DNA from: a virus
Taxonomy: Duplodnaviria > Caudoviricetes
Direction: 5' to 3' (one strand)
IMG/VR virus record: IMGVR_UViG_3300027751_000037
Span: 1 to 31,629 of that record
Length of the DNA: 31,629 nucleotides
The position numbers and the translations under genes were made by a program. The notes beneath the pieces are model-generated. The model was not told the DNA's origin. It saw nothing but the letters and a program-made list of their open reading frames with translations, and searched no databases. Shown piece by piece: positions 1-8,500 of the stretch (the stretch's first letter is position 1; the number at the start of each line of letters is the position of its first letter).

Positions 1-334
1 CTCGCCTGTCAAACTGCTCTCTTGCCTCTATGTAGGACATTTCGCCCCTACCTTTACATAGGTATAGTATTTCTCTTGTGAAGTGCTTTTCGCCTAGTGA
101 TGCTACATCTGCATTTAGTCTGTCTGAACTACCATAGTAAGTCTTCCAGTCGCTTTCTTTGTAACCTCTACGCTTATTTTTTCTGCCTTTGAGTGGTGGT
201 TTTGTGGTCTTAAATTTTGCTAATTTTTTGCCTACGTATTTTTGACCAGTTTTCTTGTTCGTTATTAGATAAACGAAGCCTTCGTACTCGTCTGGTATTG
301 TTTTAATTTTTTTGCCTTTGTACGTCCACTCCAT
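1..334 (-). CDS. GIY-YIG family endonuclease, T4 endonuclease II (DenA)/Seg-like; runs off the window edge
   Basis: Not in the ORF track. Manual translation from the ATG at 334 gives MEWTYKGKKIKTIPDEYEGFVYLITNKKTGQKYVGKK...ESDWKTYYGSSDRLNADV...FTREILYLC...MSYIEAREQF. It has the GFVY...YVG bipartite motif, YYGSS and a candidate catalytic Glu. No stop before position 1. Confidence 0.85.
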   Translation of the reverse strand, partial: MEWTYKGKKIKTIPDEYEGFVYLITNKKTGQKYVGKKLAKFKTTKPPLKGRKNKRRGYKESDWKTYYGSSDRLNADVASLGEKHFTREILYLCKGRGEMSYIEAREQFDRR

Positions 335-336
335 GT

Positions 337-355
337 AAGTAATTATTAATTACTT
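337..355. promoter_or_regulatory. Perfect AT-rich inverted repeat immediately upstream of the endonuclease start codon
   Basis: AAGTAATTA-T-TAATTACTT (9-bp arms, 1-nt centre), ending 2 nt from the ATG. No Shine-Dalgarno is present. Function is inferred only. Confidence 0.4.
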
Positions 356-368
356 TAATATTGTTAGA

Positions 369-560
369 CTAGTTCTGAGTTTTGCCTTTATGTTTCTCGT
401 GTATTTCGTCCATTCGTTGCTTCGCCAAAACTCGCAACTGTCTTAATGCACGTCTTGCACTTGCATGAGTACGTACAGAATTACGTTTTTCAAACTTCTC
501 GTTTTCGTCAAAGTACTCTAAGTACGCTTTGATTAATTTGTCATGAGTGTCATCTATCAT
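369..560 (-). CDS. Small basic helical protein, possibly Hc1 (histone H1-like) family DNA-binding protein
   Basis: 63-aa ORF coupled to gp46 by an ATGA overlap. ENEKFE...ASARRALRQLRVLAKQRMDEI resembles the Hc1-like helical-hairpin pattern. The gene is well supported; the family call is tentative. Confidence 0.6.
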   Translation of the reverse strand: MIDDTHDKLIKAYLEYFDENEKFEKRNSVRTHASARRALRQLRVLAKQRMDEIHEKHKGKTQN

Positions 561-2329
561 TCTATTACTTCAACGTCATTCTCGTAACTTGTAAATCCAT
601 TTTCTTTTACAACTTTAAGAACGTTGTTGACTCTGCCAATTAGTTCGTCTTTGTGCGATATTAAGTAAATGTTTTTATCACGTTCTCTAGCCATCTTTTT
701 AAGTACAGCAAGACTGTTTTCAACACCATTACTATCCATACCGCTATCAATAAGCTCGTCGATAAACAACAAGTTTACGTTTTGATATAAACTTTCCCAA
801 ACATCTCTAAACGCAAAACTCATACCAAGTATAAGTCTGTTACGTTCACCTCTTGACAAGTTATCAAAATCTAAATCTTGTCCTAATTGTGTAATTTCTA
901 CAGTTAGGTCATTTAAGAATGTAACACTATGCGGTAAGCCTAGTTTGTCAAGATAATATGTAAGTCTGTTGTTTAGATACGCTAAGTTTTGATCTATAAT
1001 TTTCTTACGTATAAACGAATCTTTGTTTGTTAATAATTTAAGTAAAAACTCTTGGTGCTCTTTTAGAGAGGTAAGTGTGTTTACTTGTTCCCAATTAATT
1101 TCTTGTTTTGCACTATTTTCTAAATCGTCAATTTGTGCTTGATAAGGATCTTCTTCATCCTTTTTAGCTTCCCATGCCTGCTTTAAACCTTCGACATTTT
1201 GTCTATGTTCGTATGCTTCTTTAGACGTCTCGTAAAACGTATTAGGCTTGCCGTTGATGTCACCAATTTCATTTAGTGCTTCTGCAACTCCTGTAACCTT
1301 TTCTGCAATCTCTGATTGATATGAAATAGAGTCTTCAAGTTCTTTATTTTTACGTTCTGCAATTTCTGCTTTTTTATCATCAGGAAGGTCTTGTCCGCAT
1401 GAGTGACATGTACCTTGATCTAAATTATCAGCGTCTTTTTTTGCTTTTTCTACAGATCTATCAGCACGTAATAGTGCAGGTTCTAATGTGCTTAATTCTT
1501 TTCTAAGAGCCAAAATAGCATTGTTATGCTCGGTCCAATTTGCTAGTTTTTCATGTGCTTCTAGTTCAGCATCGATGTCTAAGTGTTCAAATTCGTCGAT
1601 TGCTTCTTTTAGTTTTACAACGTCTGTAGTGCGTTTGCCAAGCCATGCTTTTTGCTTACTTTGCAAACTTACAATAGTTTCGTCAATCTTTTCATTTGCT
1701 GTCTGCAATGCACTAATACGCATTGTTTCTTGACTTAGATCGTCCTTAGTAACTTTTATATCTTCTTTAAGAACATCTGCTTTTTCAGACAGTATTGTAA
1801 TACCTAAAAGTTGTTCAATAATCGCTCTTTGATCGTTTACACGCATGCTTAGGAAGGGCTCTGTGTATGTGTTTAACGCAACAATGTGCTTAAACATATC
1901 ATGGCTCATTCCTAAAAGTATATCAATCGATTGTTGTGTTTTACGACTATCGCCTTGACTTTCATCTATGTCGACTTGTTCTTCATTGTTAATGTAGAAC
2001 TTTAATATATTTGGAGATCTACCACGTTCAATACGATATTGGAGATTGTCTTTCTCAAAAGAAAGAGTAACTAACATACCTTTAGAATTGGTTTTGTTAA
2101 TTAAGTTATTTTTCCTAATATTAGTTAGTGCTGTTCCGTAGAGTGCATAACTTAGTGCATTGATAATTGTAGTTTTACCAGTACCATTTCGCGAGCCTGA
2201 GTCGTCACCTCCTTGATCTAAGTTTTCGCCGAGTACTAGTGTTAGTTGTTGTTTGTCGAAATCTACCGCTTGGGTTTGATTCCCAACACTCATAAAATTT
2301 CTTACTGTAAGGTCTTTAATTTTAATCAT
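557..2329 (-). CDS. gp46: Recombination endonuclease ATPase subunit (T4 gp46 / SbcC / Rad50-like)
   Basis: N-terminal RNFMSVGN, Walker A GEN...NGTGKT, coiled coil with central CHSC zinc hook (1397-1408), signature LSRGE, Walker B LLFIDE with SGMD D-loop, ISH switch. Adjacent to gp47. Confidence 0.95.
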   Translation of the reverse strand: MIKIKDLTVRNFMSVGNQTQAVDFDKQQLTLVLGENLDQGGDDSGSRNGTGKTTIINALSYALYGTALTNIRKNNLINKTNSKGMLVTLSFEKDNLQYRIERGRSPNILKFYINNEEQVDIDESQGDSRKTQQSIDILLGMSHDMFKHIVALNTYTEPFLSMRVNDQRAIIEQLLGITILSEKADVLKEDIKVTKDDLSQETMRISALQTANEKIDETIVSLQSKQKAWLGKRTTDVVKLKEAIDEFEHLDIDAELEAHEKLANWTEHNNAILALRKELSTLEPALLRADRSVEKAKKDADNLDQGTCHSCGQDLPDDKKAEIAERKNKELEDSISYQSEIAEKVTGVAEALNEIGDINGKPNTFYETSKEAYEHRQNVEGLKQAWEAKKDEEDPYQAQIDDLENSAKQEINWEQVNTLTSLKEHQEFLLKLLTNKDSFIRKKIIDQNLAYLNNRLTYYLDKLGLPHSVTFLNDLTVEITQLGQDLDFDNLSRGERNRLILGMSFAFRDVWESLYQNVNLLFIDELIDSGMDSNGVENSLAVLKKMARERDKNIYLISHKDELIGRVNNVLKVVKENGFTSYENDVEVIE

Positions 2330-3344
2330 GTGCCAACCCGTTATAAATCTCCAAAAGTTTTACCTTATCAAATGAATCTGTATCAAGCTCTGATATTTCA
2401 CCTGCAACAATTTGATCAACACTAACAAATGTGCTAATGTCTAAGTCTGTTGTAATTTCCTCAATTTGTGATTGCGGAATAAGTGTAATCTCACGACACC
2501 TGTATTGATTAATAAATGTTTCTTTAATAAAACTTGCTTCTTCATAACTTATGTCGATATCAAGTTCTACACGCAGATACATTTTGCTTTTGATAAGAGT
2601 GTCTTGTTCATCAATTAGTTTTGATAATTTTACAGTCCTATACTTAGGACAATCTGGCCAATTAATGTATTCTGGTTCCTTGTCATTTTCTCTATCAAGA
2701 ATCATCATACCACGTTCGTCATCCCATGCATCAGCATAGTTATGAGGAAACGCATTACCTATATAATGTATTTTTCCTTGTGTTTGTCTTTTGTGAAAAT
2801 GTCCACTAAACACATAGTCTTGATTTGCAAAATGTTGTTTGTTAAGATCGCCACCGTGATCGGGCATCTTAACCATTGCATTCATATAAAAACTAGGAAG
2901 TTCAAAGTGACCAAACATATACTTGGATTTACACTTTTGTATTTTCTTCCATTCATCTCCAACTAGCCATGGTACAAGGCAAACATCTTCTTCTACTAGC
3001 ATTTCGTCTACAAATGTAATGCCAGGAATATGTTTTGCAAATGCTGTTGAATTTACATCTCTCTTGTCTTTATAATATAAATCGTGGTTACCGTCAAAAA
3101 AGTAAAACTTTTCAAATGCATTACCTAACTTTTCCATAGACCGTATAGTTGCGTCCATAGTTGTAAGGTTAAGGCTATTTCTATTGTGGTGCCAATCACC
3201 ACAGAATATACCTGTTTCACAGTTATTCTTCTTTGCTTCTTCGATATACCAGTCTATAAATTCTTCACAATCATCGTTATGAATACGTGAATTACTTTTT
3301 AGACCAAAATGGATATCAGTAAAGACAGCGGCTTTCTTAAACAA
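2322..3344 (-). CDS. gp47: Recombination endonuclease nuclease subunit (T4 gp47 / SbcD / Mre11-like)
   Basis: Metallophosphoesterase motifs DIH, GDWHH, GNHD, GHF, SGHFH. TTG start with GGAGGA Shine-Dalgarno (3351-3356). Overlaps gp46 by 8 nt. Confidence 0.95.
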   Translation of the reverse strand: MFKKAAVFTDIHFGLKSNSRIHNDDCEEFIDWYIEEAKKNNCETGIFCGDWHHNRNSLNLTTMDATIRSMEKLGNAFEKFYFFDGNHDLYYKDKRDVNSTAFAKHIPGITFVDEMLVEEDVCLVPWLVGDEWKKIQKCKSKYMFGHFELPSFYMNAMVKMPDHGGDLNKQHFANQDYVFSGHFHKRQTQGKIHYIGNAFPHNYADAWDDERGMMILDRENDKEPEYINWPDCPKYRTVKLSKLIDEQDTLIKSKMYLRVELDIDISYEEASFIKETFINQYRCREITLIPQSQIEEITTDLDISTFVSVDQIVAGEISELDTDSFDKVKLLEIYNGLAHD

Positions 3345-3375
3345 AGTCAGTCCTCCATTAGGCTTCTATGTTAGT

Positions 3376-3404
3376 ATTGTACATACAAATCTAACTGTTG
3401 TCAA
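3376..3404 (-). promoter_or_regulatory. Sigma70-type promoter for gp47-gp46
   Basis: Minus strand TTGACA (3404-3399), 17-nt spacer, TACAAT (3381-3376). The -35 box lies in the last codons of the sigma factor gene. Confidence 0.85.
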
Positions 3405-4251
3405 CCGGTTTCTTTTCTTTATGGACAGAAAAGCTGGCTGCCTCGTTACGTTTTACAGCTGCTTCCCACTCACCTTGTGCTTGTCTTGTGTAAGAAGGAT
3501 TAAGATCATTCATCTCTAAAATGTCATCTCTAATGTTTTGATTACGTTTTTCAATGTTAATAACACGTACAAAACTGTTAGTTACAGCCGCCGTGTAGTA
3601 AGCAAAAGGATTGTTTGATTTTGACTCGTCAAATTGTAGTCCAATCTGTGCTAACTGAAGTATTGCTTGTCCCTTCATTTCATCGTTATAAGTGTAACCG
3701 CGTACATTACCGCGTGTAGCATATCTATCAACTAACTTCAACCACATAGTAGCAAGTGTGTTTGTTGCTTTGCCGTGTGTCTTGTCAAAGTGTCCGTTGT
3801 CCATGCCACCAACCCAATGACTTTTACCAACTAAAATAATCTCACCTTCGTCATTAAATTTGTAATGATGAAATGGCGGAAAGTTAAGTTTAGTTTTAGT
3901 GTCTGCTATAGTTTTAGGATTTTTCTTACGCCCTGGTTCTTCTGGAATATGATCAAATGTCATAACACGGAAGATTAGTTCTTCTTTTGTTATCTTTTTC
4001 CAATCAACCTCACACTCAGCTTGTTTGACCTTTTCGCCGGCCATTTTACGTCTCTCATATTCAGCTGAACTGAGTCTTTTTGCTTTTGCTCGTTTTGCTT
4101 CTGCAATTGTCAGTCTATTAATTTTAGCTACATCTAACAGTATCAAATCGTACTGATGATACGTAGATTCCACATAACTATTAAAAGTGTTCTTAGATTT
4201 ATGGATTTCTGACAATATGTCTTTGTTATTAAGGTAATTACGTTTTCTCAA
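3391..4251 (-). CDS. gp55: Late transcription sigma factor (T4 gp55-like) with a large internal insertion
   Basis: N-terminal NYLNNKDIL and C-terminal GYTYNDEM...FDESKSNNPFAYYT...NSFVRVINIEK match the gp55 pattern. T4-like 55-47-46 gene order. TTG start with GGAG Shine-Dalgarno. Confidence 0.85.
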   Translation of the reverse strand: MRKRNYLNNKDILSEIHKSKNTFNSYVESTYHQYDLILLDVAKINRLTIAEAKRAKAKRLSSAEYERRKMAGEKVKQAECEVDWKKITKEELIFRVMTFDHIPEEPGRKKNPKTIADTKTKLNFPPFHHYKFNDEGEIILVGKSHWVGGMDNGHFDKTHGKATNTLATMWLKLVDRYATRGNVRGYTYNDEMKGQAILQLAQIGLQFDESKSNNPFAYYTAAVTNSFVRVINIEKRNQNIRDDILEMNDLNPSYTRQAQGEWEAAVKRNEAASFSVHKEKKPVDNS

Positions 4252-4277
4252 TGATATTCTCCAAGTTAATTAACACT

Positions 4278-4306
4278 ATTATAAACTACATACTTAATTA
4301 TGTCAA
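4278..4306 (-). promoter_or_regulatory. Consensus sigma70 promoter for the late sigma factor gene
   Basis: Minus strand TTGACA (4306-4301), exactly 17 nt, TATAAT (4283-4278): a 12/12 match to consensus. Confidence 0.92.
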
Positions 4307-4313
4307 CTAAATA
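4306..4313 (+). promoter_or_regulatory. Late promoter box (ACTAAATA; T4 consensus TATAAATA)
   Basis: TAAATA core 20 nt upstream of the first structural gene, followed by an AGGAG Shine-Dalgarno (4322-4326). The same core recurs before three other structural genes. Confidence 0.75.
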
Positions 4314-4333
4314 ATGTATATAGGAGATGTGAA

Positions 4334-5227
4334 ATGGCAACCAATCCATTAGAGAGTGCAGTAGGTAAAGCTGTAAAGACACAAGCAAACAAAGCGCAAC
4401 AGGCTGCAGAACAAGGTGCAGAAGCATCAATATCAAAATTTATAGGCGATTCGCTTAACTCAGGTATTGGCTTTATAGATAGTACAATTAAAAATGTAGC
4501 ATCAAATGTGTTTAGTGCAGCAGGTTTTGCTAAACTAGCAAGAAGTATAAATTTACCAAAAGGTGACAAAGGAAAGGTTAAATCCAACGTTGCCTCTAGT
4601 TTTAAGTCAACAGCAAAAGATGCTGATTGGCGTGTAAAATTAAGTTTACCAAAAGCACCAGACGTAGCAAATGCAACTTTGCTTGGACCTTTAGCTGCAA
4701 CTAACGGATTATGTTTTCCAATAACTCCTACAATTATTGTAAGTCACAGCGCAAACTATAATACATTGCAACCTGTGCATACAAATTACCCATTTCAAAT
4801 TTATGAAAATAGTTCTGCAGATGACATTGTTATTACAGGTGAATTTCCTGTAGAAAATCCAGAAGAAGGAAAATACTGGATTGCTTGTATTCACTATTTA
4901 AGAACTGTAACAAAAATGTTTTACGGTGCAGATTCAGAAAATGCAGGCGCACCACCGCCAGTAGTAAGATTAAACGGCTATGGTGATTATATTTTTAATA
5001 ATGTGCCTGTTGTTATTTCAAACTTTACAGTTGACTTGCCAGCAGACGTAGACTATATTGCTTGCGGACTTACAGACGAAGAAAAAGGGTCTACAAGTTG
5101 GGCACCTACAAATTCTCAAATTAGTATTACGCTCAAACCTACATTTTCAAGAAGAAGAACAAGTGAATTTAATTTACAAAATTTTGTTAATGGTGATTAT
5201 CTTGGTAGCGACGAGGGCTTTATCTAA
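4334..5227 (+). CDS. Baseplate tail-tube initiator (T4 gp48/gp54-like)
   Basis: FPITPTI...HTNYP...ITGEF...PPPVVRLNGYG...VPVVISNFTVDLP is typical of contractile-system tube initiators. It sits directly before a LysM/gp53-like gene and has a strong SD. Confidence 0.7.
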   Translation: MATNPLESAVGKAVKTQANKAQQAAEQGAEASISKFIGDSLNSGIGFIDSTIKNVASNVFSAAGFAKLARSINLPKGDKGKVKSNVASSFKSTAKDADWRVKLSLPKAPDVANATLLGPLAATNGLCFPITPTIIVSHSANYNTLQPVHTNYPFQIYENSSADDIVITGEFPVENPEEGKYWIACIHYLRTVTKMFYGADSENAGAPPPVVRLNGYGDYIFNNVPVVISNFTVDLPADVDYIACGLTDEEKGSTSWAPTNSQISITLKPTFSRRRTSEFNLQNFVNGDYLGSDEGFI

Positions 5228-5529
5228 TGGCAAATTATAAATCATCAAGTCCTTGGCATAAAACACAGTACACTAGAACAGGTGCTCTAGATATACTTAG
5301 AATACGTCCTATTCCTTCGTCATCAGACGATGCACAATATACTATTGAAACACAATATACTCATAGACCGGATTTATTAGCATATGACCTTTATGGCACT
5401 CCTAAACTATGGTGGGTGTTTGCACAAAGAAATATTAATATTATTAAAGATCCTGTTTTTGATATGGTTGCAGGAACAACAATATTTTTACCAAACGCAG
5501 ATAAACTAAAAAGTTCTTTAGGAATATAA
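5227..5529 (+). CDS. gp53: Baseplate wedge LysM-like protein (T4 gp53 / P2 gpX-like)
   Basis: RPDLLAYDLYGTPKLWWVFAQRN motif, with GTTIFLP at the end. TAATG coupling to the upstream gene. Confidence 0.82.
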   Translation: MANYKSSSPWHKTQYTRTGALDILRIRPIPSSSDDAQYTIETQYTHRPDLLAYDLYGTPKLWWVFAQRNINIIKDPVFDMVAGTTIFLPNADKLKSSLGI

Positions 5530-8500
5530 ATGATCGATCCAAAAAAGATTATTCAAAACAAAGCGCAGACACTTGCTAACAATTTTAGCGACCCGCTAGA
5601 AAATATAAATGCAACTGAAGTTTTTGGTGACATGAAAAATGTTACGAGCCAAGTGTTTGATGCGTCTAGTTCGATGTCTGTTTTATCTGATCCGTTTTCA
5701 AAGATAGATGTGCCTGGACTTGCAACTAATCTTGAAAGTCTAGGACAAAAAATTCCAGCACTTGCAGACGTTGAAGATCCGTCAGCTATTTTTCCTCCTG
5801 GACTAAACGCTTTTGCTAATGGCTTCGGCGGCGCCGCAGCGAGCAAAGCAGAAGCATTAGTAGAACAAGTCATACCAGCAGTAAAAGGAATGAATGTAGG
5901 CGAGATTAACAGTGCTGTAACTGATGCACTTGACTCTGTTAGCAATGGCATTGTAAATGCTATAGAAGAAGAAGTTGAAAAGTTTCAAGAAAAACATAAA
6001 GATACAGTTAGAGGAGAAAAAAGTTCTCCTGAACCAGAACCTAAAGCGCCTGGTGTAACACTAAAAAATCCGTTAAGGTCATTTAATAGTTATAATGCTA
6101 TTTTTAGTTTAGGTGTACTAACAGCAGACAGTGCAAATAATCCTAGTCAAACATATATTACAAACGGTGCAGACTTTACAATTTTACGTAGCGGCGGCGG
6201 AGGCATCGATGATAAACGTATACAATCAATTTACGATACTGTTGGAAACGAAGGCGGAAACACAGAGTATTTTATAGACGATTTTGACATGAGTGCTGTT
6301 GTTGCTTCTAACACTAAAACAGGCGCAACACAAGCAATTAATTTTAGTTTTACAGTAAAAGAACCTTATTCAATGGGTGTATTTTTACAAGCATTACAAG
6401 CAGGTGCATTTGATGCAGGATTTGAAAACTACTTACAAGCACCGTATTTGTTAGAATTAGATTTTGTTGGATGGGACGACGATGGCGGCAAGCCAATAGC
6501 ATACAGTAATAGAAAACTTCCATTCAAACTAACATCAATTGAATTTGATGTAGAGTCTGGCGGAAGTACATATCAAGTACAATGTATACCGTGGAACGAA
6601 CAATCATTTTCTCAAGATGTACAAGAGTTACAAGACACGATTAGTATAACTGGTAGAGATATGGTTGAAATACTATCAATCGGTGAACAAAGTTTATCTA
6701 CAGTTATTAATGAAAAATTACAACACATTGCAAACGAGTCATGTCAGCCAGCAACTGATTTTTATCTTGTTAGATTTCCAACAACACGAGAAGGAGATAT
6801 ATCAGTAGGTACCTTGAGAGATGCAGAATTTACTAATAAAGCAACAGTATCAGATAGTGAAGCAAAGTCATCACGTAAAGGTGACCAAGCAGCAGAAACT
6901 ACTGATGAAGATGGAGTTACATCGTTTTTCAAACGTCTAGGAGTAGACACAAGTAGTAGTGCATTATTAGAATCTTTAAAAGCAGGCTCTATTCAGGATC
7001 TTAACAAAATAGGTGCAAGCCGAATGGTAACAGACTTTCAAGAAGGCGGCGACAATCCTTTTGGATTAGGTCTTTATGCATACGATAAAGAAGCAAATAT
7101 TTACAAACGTAATGGTGTAGAACTTACAATGAGTGATGAATTAAGAACATTTAAGTTTACACAGGGAACACCAATTACAAAAGTTATTGAAGAACTTTTA
7201 CTTGTAAGTGAATACGGTAGAACGGCACTTAATAGAGTAGACAATAAAGGCGAAATTGAATGGTTTAGAATTGAGTCAAAATGCTATATTATAGATGATA
7301 GAGCATACGAAAATGCAACTGGTGAAACACCAAAAGTTTACGTTTATGATGTTGTACCTTACAAAGTAGATGCTAGTAGATTTAGTGCGCCTAACCAAGC
7401 AAATTCAGGACTAATAGAAAAAGCAAAACATACTGTAAAAACATACAATTACATTTATAGTGGCCAAAACGAAGATGTACTAGGGTTTGATATAAAATTT
7501 AATGCGGCATTCTTCCAAGCAATAAGAATGGACATGGGTCAGCTCTCTGCAAGTGATGTAGTTAACGACAGAGAAAAAAATGTAACTACACCAAGACACC
7601 CAACACTTGGTCCACCTAGAGACGGAACTGGAATACCTGAAGGTAGGACTAGGTCAGTAATGAAAACTGGTAATTTTAATGGCGGTAGTTACAATAAACA
7701 ATACGGCGAAGAACTTGCTAAGATGTTTCACAATTCTCTTATAAACAGTAAAGTTGATTTGATTACAGCAGAGTTAGAAATTTGGGGAGATCCGTATTTT
7801 ATACCTGATAGCGGAATAGGTAATTATACTTCACCTAGAGGCGGTTCAAAAAATATTACAGCAGGCGGCGCTATTGACCATCAACGTAATGAAATAGATG
7901 TTGTTATGAATTTCAGAACACCAGTAGATTACAATCAAGATGGCACAATGCTATTTCCAGGAGCAACTGTTTCTGTAGATAGCTTTAGCGGCGTATATCA
8001 AGTTATAACTGTTAACAGCAAAATAAGCGGAAATAAATTTACACAAACTTTAGAATTAGTAAGACGTAGAAATCAAAGCACAGAAGGAATAAGCGAAGCA
8101 AAAGCACTTATTGAAAAGCCAGGTTGTCCGGGTCTTAATCCACACCCAGGCTGGGACGGAAATGTAATAGGTAGCGACCCTCAAGAAAATACTATGAATC
8201 AAAACGAAGTTGTAGAATCATATGGGTCTAATGGTGAGCTTGCAACAATACGTTCTAAAAATGGTAAAACTACTCAAGTAGCAAAAGTTTACGCAGAAAA
8301 CTTTCAAGCTCTTATAGATGAGTTAGAAAATGATTTAGGATACGAAGTGCGTACACTAGGCGGATATGTTCAACGAACATCTAGAGGAAGCGCCAGCCCA
8401 AGTTATCATGCAAGTGGATTGGCAATAGATATTAATGCTGCAGAAAATCCTATGGTTAGACCAAGACCTGAAGACGGCCCAGAACCAACAGATATGCCAG

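Noticed and set aside
1488-2966. Plus-strand ORFs 1488-1733, 2551-2739 and 2742-2966
   Set aside because: Antisense shadows of gp46/gp47, with no SD or recognisable motif.
5058-5240. Alternative-frame plus-strand 60-aa ORF
   Set aside because: Almost wholly inside the tube initiator gene. No SD or slippery site seen, and the length is compatible with chance.
5525-5532. TATAAATG, close to the T4 late promoter TATAAATA
   Set aside because: It is simply the stop and start codon junction and overlaps the ATG it would have to transcribe.
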